NCBI GenBank assembly: GCA_963835575.1
Contig: CAWIGG010000005.1
Location: 128,001-192,000 of the forward strand
DNA from: an uncultured Spirochaetota bacterium
GTDB lineage: Bacteria > Spirochaetota > Brevinematia > Brevinematales > JAOACQ01
Length of the DNA stretch: 64,000 nucleotides
Reading direction: 5' to 3'
Positions 39,632 to 48,583 of the stretch are shown piece by piece (the stretch's first letter is position 1; the number at the start of each line of letters is the position of its first letter). Below the pieces are notes generated by a model, which saw only the letters and a program-made list of their open reading frames with translations, did not search any database and had not been told where the DNA came from. The position numbers and the translations under genes are program-made.

Positions 39632-40522
39632 TTAACTATACTTGAATAAAAACTTCGCGCTGCCGATCTGTATGACATCATCAAGCTGCAGTTCTTTCTG
39701 CTCGGCAGCATCATCATTAACTTTGATCCTGCCGTTCTTCGCCTTGTTTTTAATGCTGACATTTATCCCTTTGGCTATCACTTCGGCATGATAAGATTCA
39801 ATGTCTTCATAATCCGAAAGCCTGATGTCGCTCCAGCCGGAAGTCCCGATCCTTATCTTTCTCTGATTGATCAGGAATTCCTTCCCTTTATACTTACCGT
39901 TCAATAACCTGAGGACCCCGAAAGAAAACGAGCTTTCGATAATTCCGTAAAAAAAGCCTATCATCAGCCCGAATACCAGGAACCCGATCAGCCTGGCGAT
40001 CAGGAGATTATTGATCATGAGGGGGAGATACTCTACGGCCAGCCCTCCTATGATGCCGCCGATAAGACCGCCCAGAAAACCGACCTTCATTTTATTAAAT
40101 GAAAGCGAGCGGAAGCCTTCCGTCATGCCGATAAAAATCCCCAGTATGGCCCAGCCCCCGGCCCGCGTCAGAGGCACGGCGATCTTATTAATGCTGGAAA
40201 CGGAATGAAGCAGTTTATCCCCGACTATGAATAACGCCGCCTGCCCGGCTAAAAAACCGGCGGCTCCGCCGATAACGCCTACAATAGCGCCGGTAATGAC
40301 GCCTTTCAATATTTTGCCGCTATCCGCCAGAATAATGCCTTCGCTGGAGCCGAAAAAACCGCACATAAAAATTCCGACAATGACTCCCAGGGTTATGCTG
40401 AAAATTAAATAGGAAGGAAATTTTGCCTGAAATATGATGATTGATTCCACCATGGCCCACGAAGCGAGCCCGCCGAGAAGTCCGATAATTGAAAGAAAAA
40501 CCCTTTTCATTAATGTTGACAT
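39632..40522 (-). CDS. Gly-rich multi-TM membrane protein with C-terminal FHA-like domain
   Basis: About six Gly-rich TM helices, then LRLLNG...GKEF.I...IRIG...DIRL...HAEV...VND......LQLDDVIQIG. Confidence 0.8.
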   Translation of the reverse strand: MSTLMKRVFLSIIGLLGGLASWAMVESIIIFQAKFPSYLIFSITLGVIVGIFMCGFFGSSEGIILADSGKILKGVITGAIVGVIGGAAGFLAGQAALFIVGDKLLHSVSSINKIAVPLTRAGGWAILGIFIGMTEGFRSLSFNKMKVGFLGGLIGGIIGGLAVEYLPLMINNLLIARLIGFLVFGLMIGFFYGIIESSFSFGVLRLLNGKYKGKEFLINQRKIRIGTSGWSDIRLSDYEDIESYHAEVIAKGINVSIKNKAKNGRIKVNDDAAEQKELQLDDVIQIGSAKFLFKYS

Positions 40523-40547
40523 ATTCTCACTCCTTCTAAATTATTAA

Positions 40548-40761
40548 GGGCAGTTTCAGAACTGCCGCCTTTGTTTTTAATCATGCTGCCCCTCACCATT
40601 TTGTGAACTCCAGCGGTGCAGCCCCAGCAAAATGGTGAGGGGCAGCGTCGTTTTTATTAACCAAAAAGCTTTTTATATCCGGGGCAGTTTCCAATCCCCG
40701 CGTCAGTTTATTTGCTTCTCAGATGCCGATATATAGACTCGTGCAGGATTGGAACTGCACC
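40548..40761. mobile_element. MITE-like element (gggcagtt... family), copy 2, containing hairpin module copy 4 (40585-40646)
   Basis: gggcagtt..agaactgccgc...tcatgct[hairpin]agcg...ccggggcagtt.cca...tggaactgcacc, the same order as 20229-20432. Confidence 0.65.
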
Positions 40762-42670
40762 TTATTTAATCCTTAAGTTAATTTGATCGTTTTTGACATC
40801 ATAATCCACATAAACATTTTTATAACCGTCGGGCGTAATATTGATCGATTCCGATTTTGTCTTTTCACCTTTCTTAATAGTTAAAGTATAGTGTCTGGAA
40901 GCAAGCAGATATTTCTGGCCGCTCTGTGTTGTCGTATTAATTTTAACATACTTTTTATCTTCCCCGCCGGTGTAACAATAGGCATGGTCGTCCAGAAACA
41001 CTTCCAGCCCGTCATAATTTGACTTGATAAAGAGCGTTCCCGCTTTCGGGACAAGATACACATTGATTTTCACTACCGTTTCATAATGACCCACCGGTAT
41101 TGTGATTTTTTTAGGGAGATACCCTTTTTTTTCAAATTTAAAGTAATACTTCTTGCTGTTGACAAGCATGTTTTTCAACCTGCTTTTGAAAATCGCCCAC
41201 TTGATCCATCCGTAATTACCAAACACGGAAATATTCACATCATCCAGCTGGGTTTCAACGTCCCTGTCATAAATATTGAACCGGATGTCCATGGGCAGCA
41301 AGGGAGGCGCGGAACGGCTGATTTCTATTTCATCAGCCTTTGACGGGAATTTATAAGATTCCTGTACGGCGACAGGCTCTACAAATATTTCCCTGTAATA
41401 CTTTTCATTTTCGGCTGTCAAATCGAACCTGTATTCCCTGGACGGCAGATAAATTTCATCCGACCTGTATACATTAATATTACCTTTGGTCTTAACAGCA
41501 TTATTCAGGCGGCAGATGACTTTCGCGTATTCGGAATAATTATCATTTTTATTTTTATAAGACAGAGTCCCTGTCATATAATCTTTATCGCCGGTCATAT
41601 AAGCCTTATCCGCTTTTACAGTGATCCTTATTTTTCCATAGCTGTCTCTTGCAAAAAGGTCATAATAGAGGCCTTTATAATAAAGTAAATTGAATGCTCC
41701 GGCCAGAATTAATAAGCTGAAAGCTGTTTTTAAAACAAAAGTCCCGATATTAAAATACTTAACTTTCGGGAGGCTTTTAACTTTCTGAGTATATTCGTCG
41801 CCGAAAACATAATTCCTGATGGCGTCGTTAATTTTCTGCTGTGTTTTGAATTTTCTGAGATACGGCCCCAATTTCGCTATGACAACGCCCAGATCGTTAT
41901 AGCGGTTTTTCGCCCTGTGATGCATCATCTTCCTGATGATGGACTGGACCCTCGACGGGACATGCGGATTGATCTTGCGGGGCTTTTTATACTTGCCCTT
42001 CTCTATAAGCGATATTGTTTTGGCGGCCATATCGGACGAAAAAGGCAGCTTGCCTGTCGTCATGAAAATAGAACAAAACCCCCATTGAAAAAATATCCGC
42101 CCTTTTATCCACATTCTTGCTGTCCGCGATCTGCTCAGGCGCCATGTAGGAAGGGGTACCAAGGGTCGTGCCTTTCTGGGTCAAACCCGTTTCCGTATCA
42201 TCCTCGGATTTAGCGATGCCAAAGTCGGTCAGTTTGACTTCCCCTTCTTTTGAGATGAGTATATTCGCCGGCTTGATATCCCTGTGGATAACGCCCTTGT
42301 CATGAGCGTATTTCAAACCCTTGCATACCTCTAATAAAATGAGTACCGCGGCCTCGTTTGACAGATGCCTTTTCAATTGAATAAGCTTGTCCAGGCTTAT
42401 TCCGTCGATATATTCCAGGACTATATAATATGATCCGCCCTCCCTGAAATGATCATAAACCTGCACTATATTCTCGCTTCTGAAGTTGAACATAATTTTG
42501 GCTTCTCTTTTAAACCTTTCAACAACCCCTTCTATTCCCTTGAGATTGAGCTGTTTGAGGATTATAAAGCTTTCCAGCGTGGGGTGTTTTGCTTTATAGA
42601 CAGTTCCCATTCCGCCCGAAGCGATTTTTTCTATGACAAGATATTTACCAACTTTTTCCATCATGTCCAT
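40762..42670 (-). CDS. Hanks-type Ser/Thr protein kinase with TM and extracytoplasmic (PEGA-like) region, frameshifted at ~42066
   Basis: GGMGTVYKA, HRDIKPAN, DFG, GTPSYMAPE, DIFSMG motifs. Removing one T restores LFYFMTTGKLPF, joining ORF 40762-42162. Confidence 0.85.
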
Positions 42671-43707
42671 TATCCTTGAATAATTTCTTTTGTCCTGTTC
42701 TGAAGCTCAAAAATATCATGGTCCAGTATTATATCCCTTTCCGCGCTGATCTGCGCAATGATAAACTTAGAGGGATTATGGATTTGAATATACTTTCCGT
42801 CAGCGCGCTTATTATAATAGTCTTTTACCGGCCTGTGCCCTCCGAAATAATAAGCGGCGCTCATCCCTTCGTTTCCCAGGTAATACTCAAGCATTTTTAA
42901 TACGCTGTCGTGTTCGGCCTGGTTATTGTCGGTCCATGTCAATCCCTCTATTATATCCGGATTTCTCCGGTAATTGACGATCTCATTTTTTGAAAAGAAC
43001 CTTTTCGGCTCAGCATGAGAGATCAGAAAATTCTTTCCGACAGCGAACAGCGGCAGCTGTTTCTCAAAAATATAATAGCTCCTCAGGAATTCTTCGCTGA
43101 AAAATTTTGCCACATAAGAGGCGACCATAGGCCCTTCAAGCGCAAATTTCCTGAAAGGGTAATTCCCCTCCCCCTGTTCATTGGAAATGTTTTCATGATT
43201 ACCCTTTAAAAAATGAAAATTCTCGGGAAACGCGCTTTTTGTCTCCATAACCATTTCCATCAGACCCATGCTCTCTTTCATCTCTTTATCCATGTGCGAG
43301 TGGCGGCTGTAACCATCCAGGTATTCATAATGTGCTTCTTTCCATCTTTCCATTTCCCTGCTCTCGGCATGGAAACCGTCGCCCACACAGACTATCTGCA
43401 GTTCATCCCCTGCAAGCTTTTGTATGCTGGTAATACCCTCGCCGTCTTTATAGAACAGTACATTCAGAAAAAAGTCCATTCTCGCATGCAGATCCGGCAT
43501 TATTATGGTAGGAATATACTTTTTTAAATTCAGCAGGCCTCCGGGCATTCCGTCGGAATCCCGGGGCCTGATGTTTCTATCCTCATCCAGCAGCGCTTTG
43601 CTTGCTTCAGTTATAACCGGTAAAAATTCCCCTTCATCCGGCGGCTTTTTACGGTTATAAATTTTAATAAACCTCTGTTTAATTGAATTTAAATTCATTT
43701 TCAGCAA
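42670..43707 (-). CDS. Calcineurin-like metallophosphoesterase (putative PPP-type phosphatase)
   Basis: DLH, VGD, GNHE, SHA and GGH motifs. Its stop overlaps the kinase start. Confidence 0.8.
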   Translation of the reverse strand: MLKMNLNSIKQRFIKIYNRKKPPDEGEFLPVITEASKALLDEDRNIRPRDSDGMPGGLLNLKKYIPTIIMPDLHARMDFFLNVLFYKDGEGITSIQKLAGDELQIVCVGDGFHAESREMERWKEAHYEYLDGYSRHSHMDKEMKESMGLMEMVMETKSAFPENFHFLKGNHENISNEQGEGNYPFRKFALEGPMVASYVAKFFSEEFLRSYYIFEKQLPLFAVGKNFLISHAEPKRFFSKNEIVNYRRNPDIIEGLTWTDNNQAEHDSVLKMLEYYLGNEGMSAAYYFGGHRPVKDYYNKRADGKYIQIHNPSKFIIAQISAERDIILDHDIFELQNRTKEIIQG

Positions 43708-43777
43708 ACAATCCTTCTTAGATTTTATGAAAGAGAATGACAGACAAAGAAGCGCGGCTTTAAAGCAAATTCACGCG

Positions 43778-44308
43778 TTATTCATTAATATAGGTTTTAT
43801 TGACTTCAACAAATTGATCCGTCAATATCATGGTGACTTCTTCCAGCTTTTCGCCTTCTTCTTCCGGAGTAAGGTTTTCAGAAGTCACGGCAATCTTGAA
43901 TATCGGTGAAGTCTGCTGTACCGGCCCGTTTGTTAAAACAGCCCGCTGTCCATTGGCCATGTCTTGAGAGAGCTGCGCGTCGTCTTTTGACAGTAAATGA
44001 GGGACATCCTGACGCAGGTCGATGCTCGCATAGCTGACCTTTCTATTATTATCTACAAGAGGCCCGATTGATACGAGCGATCCGGAATAAGTCATGGCTA
44101 TGGCTCCCCTGGCATCATCCTTGCTGAGGACCTCTACTTCTTCCATCTTCTGGGTTTCGAGCTCGTCCAGAAATTTCTTTTCCTTTTCAAGCCATGCTTC
44201 AGCGATCTTTTCCGTAGATTCCTCGGTGTCCGGCAGACCTGAGGTTCTTGTAATACCTTTGATATGATCCTGGATCTTTTCAGGGATCTGACTTAAAAAT
44301 TCTCCCAT
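43778..44308 (-). CDS. Uncharacterised acidic protein, paralog of the N-terminal domain of 9306-10166
   Basis: Shares W.EKEK.F, DD.RGA...TYSGSLV, SI.LR.DVP, NGP.Q.TS..FKI and LT..FV..N.T; AGGAGG RBS. Confidence 0.8.
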   Translation of the reverse strand: MGEFLSQIPEKIQDHIKGITRTSGLPDTEESTEKIAEAWLEKEKKFLDELETQKMEEVEVLSKDDARGAIAMTYSGSLVSIGPLVDNNRKVSYASIDLRQDVPHLLSKDDAQLSQDMANGQRAVLTNGPVQQTSPIFKIAVTSENLTPEEEGEKLEEVTMILTDQFVEVNKTYINE

Positions 44309-44454
44309 ATTTTTTATCCTCCTAATAAATTTTTGATTAAATAAAATATAACATTACCCTATTGATAAAGCAAGAATATTTCCATTTAGCAGCTTTAAAA
44401 ATAACATAAACTGAGCAATTCTTTTTACAAAAGCTTAATAACAGCCCCTCACCA

Positions 44455-44490
44455 TTTAGTAGAGACGCACGGCCATGCGTCTCTACTAAA
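44455..44490. repeat. GTAG-type REP-like palindrome
   Basis: tttagtagagacgca-cggcca-tgcgtctctactaaa, preceded by one arm of the hairpin module (cccctcaccatt). A half copy catgcgtctct lies near 39606. Confidence 0.7.
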
Positions 44491-44494
44491 AAAA

Positions 44495-46470
44495 TCATAA
44501 TTCAATATGATCTTTAGGTTCGCTGAAATAAAATCCCTGCGAATAATCGATCCCCAGCTCAAGGCATTTTTCATAAACTTCTTTCGAATGAACAAACTCC
44601 GCTATTGTCAGCAGACCGAGCTCCCTGGCCGCATTAACAATCATTTTTGCAATGATATATGAGTTGTAGTCTTTGTCCAGATTCTTAATTATGGAAGCGT
44701 CTATTTTTATATAATCCACATTTAACTTAATGATATACTCAAAATTGGAATAGCCCGAGCCGAAATCATCAATGGCGACCTTGCACCCCATGGCCTTTAT
44801 ATCCTTGATAAAATCAGTCATAATATCATAGTTAACGACGCCTTCCGATTCAATGATCTCAAAAACGACATGGGAAGCTATATCTTTATTATTAGTTATC
44901 ATATATTTAATCAGATGATTGGTTTCCTGATTGAGAATATCCTTGACTGACAGATTAATTGAAAATTCATAATCCGTGTTTTTGAATGTTTCAAAGGATT
45001 TTTTAAGGACTGTGCTTGTTATCTGGCTGTACAGCCTGATCTTTTGCGATATATCCAGAAAGTTATATGGGCCGATTATTTTTCCGTCCGTGTCTATCAT
45101 TCTGACAAGACATTCATATTTCTCAATTTTTCCGCTTTTATTATTAATGATCGGCTGAAAAAATACCGTGATCATGTTATTATTAAGGGCTATTTTTAAT
45201 TTGTCCGCCCAGAAAATGTTCTTTTCATATTCCCTGCTGATCTCCATTGTGTCGCTATAAACGAGAAACGCTTTTTTCGATCTCTTTGCCTCTTTCAAAA
45301 CCATATCAGCGTTATTTACAACTTTATTTTTTGGTATTTCCTTTATTTTACTGTCCTGGATACTGCTGTAATCGGCGACGCCGATTGTAACGCGTACATT
45401 TATATCATGATCCTTATATTTAAAAGTATTGTCATTAATCTGTTCAAACAGATATTGCGCCAGATATCCGGCAGTTTTATTCTTTACATCGGTCGAATCC
45501 TCCTGAAAATCCATCAATATCGCGTATTCGTCGCCCTGCATTTTATACAGGTTATATTCCTGTCCGACAGACAGCTTTTTCAGACGGGCCGCCATTTCCA
45601 GCAGGACAAAATCCCCCACTTCATTCCCGTAAAAATCATTGATCTCCTTAAAAGAATCAATATTAATCAGGAGGACAAAAGGGTTTTTTATATTTTCAAT
45701 ATCCATCATCAGTTTTTTGCGGTTCGGCAGATCTGTCAGCGTATCCATGCAGAACTGCCTGGCAAGGGATTCTTTCAGATCGACAAACTTATTAAGTAAT
45801 AAATTTATCATTGTTAAAATCAATATAAGATATGAATATTCGACCATATAAACGAATTTATATATTTGATTGGCCACCATATAATCATTAAACGCGGCGG
45901 CAAAAAAAAGAAATAAAGCGATTATAATCGGCCCGAGATATTTATTACGCGTCATGATATAATTTTTAATCAGAAGGTAAAACATATAAATGAAATTAAT
46001 AAACTGGACAACCATTCCAATGGTGAAAATAATCCCCGGATTGGCTTCATAGTATAAAATTTCATAATTAAAGATTTTCAGGTATTTTATTGCCGGATTA
46101 TTGAGCGACAATGTCAGGTCGTTCTGAAGAAAAAGACCGAGAAAAAAAAGGCAATATAAAATATGGATAAAAATATATATATTGTTTTTGAAATATTTTT
46201 TACTAAAAAAAATATGAACCATATCACGGATATGCCGATCAAATAGGAAAATGATAACTGGAGCCTTTGCCAGAACATACCTTCCGTAATCGAATGAGAG
46301 CTGGAAAGACCGCATGAAAATACGGCGTATAAACCGACAGTTAATGACAGAAAAGCAAACGCCAGATTCACTTTTTCTTTTGTCTGCCGCAAAAAAAGCG
46401 CAAGATGATACAAACAGACACAGAAACAAATGACAGCTATGATTAATGGGGGTAATGACGTTAAAGCCAT
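44495..46470 (-). CDS. Membrane GGDEF(degenerate)-EAL c-di-GMP phosphodiesterase, frameshifted at the A8 run 46142-46149
   Basis: Multi-TM N-terminus (ORF 46114-46470), DTLTDLPNR, QGDEY, FQPI...YECLVR, IDDFGSGYS, IKID, AEFV, QGF. Confidence 0.85.
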
Positions 46471-46819
46471 AAAATCCTTTTACTTGAAAATGAATATATT
46501 ATAAACATTGTTTCAATAAAAAGTCAACGGCGATTTTGTTATGGATATATGAAAATTAAAAGACTGCGGGAGGAAAGATCTGGCAATGATATCCGCCCGA
46601 TAAAACAGCTTATTAAATTGTATAAAAAACAAGGTTTATCCGATTTGACACCCCCTTAATATTTTTAATAAAATCCTTTATTATGAAACCCTCAATTTCC
46701 CAATATTCAATATTTCTTTTTTTTTCAAAACTTCCATAGACATTTATTTTAAATCATTGTAGAATAAACCATATTAAAATTGAGTGATTTATTTTTTATT
46801 TATCTATAGCATATTTAAT

Positions 46820-46862
46820 GGCAGATTTCCACTCCGCGCGAAGCTCGGGGTGGAAATCTGCC
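46820..46862. repeat. Strong GC-rich hairpin in the divergent promoter region
   Basis: ggcagatttccac...gtggaaatctgcc, nested within tgagtgatt (46781) / aatcactca (46887). Confidence 0.6.
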
Positions 46863-46938
46863 TATTATTAAGCTTTTGATAAAGTAATCACTCAGTTTAG
46901 GATTTATTTGAACCAATTCAGATTTTCAGGATGGAATA

Positions 46939-48120
46939 ATGAATACAGTAATTTCCAGTTTTATGAAATCTCCAGTTGTTACTGTACAGCCTGATATCAA
47001 ACTAATCGATGTTGTCAAGCTGATGCGCTTAAAATCCGTTGGTTCAGTCCTTATCACACAAGAAAATAAACTGATCGGTATTTTTACTGATAAAGATGTC
47101 ATTAAACACTTAAGCCGGCCTGAGAATAAAAACCTCATTAAACCCATTATTCATTTCATGACCCCAAATCCTGTCAGCATACAAGCTCTAGATACTACCG
47201 GCTTAGCCTATAATCTTATGAAACAGCATAATATCAGGCATTTGCCTGTTTTTGAAGGCGATACCCTGACCGGGATTATATCCATGCGGGACTTGATTGA
47301 TCAAATACAACAACCAAATAAGGCTGATGCAGATCATACAGTAAAAACCGAGGCCGTCTTAACTCAAAAGGCCAGGGAACTCACAGGTTTTCAAATACGA
47401 AACATCTCATTTCTGGCTCATTTATATATGCATGATGCTGTTGATGACGAAATTGTAGAAAACCTCCGCGAATCCGAACTGGAATATTTTGCCCTCATTG
47501 AAAAATGCCGTTATCTGGAACAGCGTGTGAATATTGATGAAAAAACCGGGCTCCTTAAATACAAAAGCGATTACCTGCTCGCTATTCTGAAAACAGCCAC
47601 CCGGGTATTATCCGGGTTCATTGAAATATATCCTATCGGTTTTATCCGTTTTGATATTGATGATTTCTCTGTTTTCAATAACCGGTATGGTCATGATGTC
47701 GGCGACAAGGTCCTTGTTCAGTTTTCACAGTTATTAAAAGATAATTCACGCCCAACAGATTATATCATCCGTTTTGGAGGCGAGGAATTTGATATCATCC
47801 TGCCGAACACAAAAAAAGAAGGCATGATCGGTTTGCTTGAAAAACTCTATCTTGCCATGGAAAATCTTAAAATCACTATAGACGGCAATCCCATCCGTAT
47901 TACCGTCAGTGCCGGCGCCACAAACCTGGTTTACAGCCTTAAGAACCGTATTATTGATGATAGTTCCATTCAGACTATGTTTGAGAAGCTTCAGAATGAG
48001 GCCGACAATGCGCTGTATGATTCAAAATGCAGCGGGAAGAACAGATTCAGTCTCTATGATGCCGATAAAAACAGTCTTTATCCCGAAATCCGCGCGCGGT
48101 ACGCATCGTCCAAAAAATAA
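46939..48120 (+). CDS. CBS-pair plus GGDEF diguanylate cyclase
   Basis: Two CBS repeats (LIGIFTDKD, IRHLPV...GIISMRD); DIDDF...N.RYGHDVGD, RxxD (RPTD), RFGGEEF, ADNALY.SK.SGKNR. Confidence 0.9.
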   Translation: MNTVISSFMKSPVVTVQPDIKLIDVVKLMRLKSVGSVLITQENKLIGIFTDKDVIKHLSRPENKNLIKPIIHFMTPNPVSIQALDTTGLAYNLMKQHNIRHLPVFEGDTLTGIISMRDLIDQIQQPNKADADHTVKTEAVLTQKARELTGFQIRNISFLAHLYMHDAVDDEIVENLRESELEYFALIEKCRYLEQRVNIDEKTGLLKYKSDYLLAILKTATRVLSGFIEIYPIGFIRFDIDDFSVFNNRYGHDVGDKVLVQFSQLLKDNSRPTDYIIRFGGEEFDIILPNTKKEGMIGLLEKLYLAMENLKITIDGNPIRITVSAGATNLVYSLKNRIIDDSSIQTMFEKLQNEADNALYDSKCSGKNRFSLYDADKNSLYPEIRARYASSKK

Positions 48121-48254
48121 ATGGAATAAAATCTTTCTTGATATTCGAATAAACTCCTTACTTTCTGCGTGTAGAATCAGTTGGAATATAAAATCAGATA
48201 AATAAAATAACCTGATGAAGGGTAGTTCTAAATCTTGTGGTGGTGGTGGGTTTA

Positions 48255-48481
48255 CAGACTGTGTGAAAAGACAAAATTTCACCACGAAGACCACGAAGAA
48301 AATAAATGGGTTAGTTAAAATTTGTTATTGATTGTTCATTATTTAACGGTAATAAAGAAAATAAACAATAATTAAACAAGAAAGTTAATCAATTATTAAA
48401 AAAACTTCGTGTTTTTCGTGAACACTTCGATAAACTCAGTGCAGGCTTCGTGGTTAATAAAAAAAGTTTTCACACAATCTT
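48255..48481. mobile_element. Non-autonomous MITE with the ends of IS1182-like #1
   Basis: cagactgtgtgaaaa / ttttcacacaatct; TTA on both flanks; internal cacgaag periodic inverted arms (48281-48299, 48405-48455). Confidence 0.7.
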
Positions 48482-48533
48482 TTATCGCACCAACATTCAG
48501 GTTTTTGGGACTGCTTTAAGTTATATCAAAGAA

Positions 48534-48562
48534 AAAGGGCTGTCCTTCCGGACAGCCCTTTA
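48534..48562. terminator. Intrinsic terminator of the helicase gene
   Basis: aaagggctgtcc-ttcc-ggacagcccttt. Confidence 0.75.
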
Positions 48563-48583
48563 TTATTTTTTAACCGGATTTCT

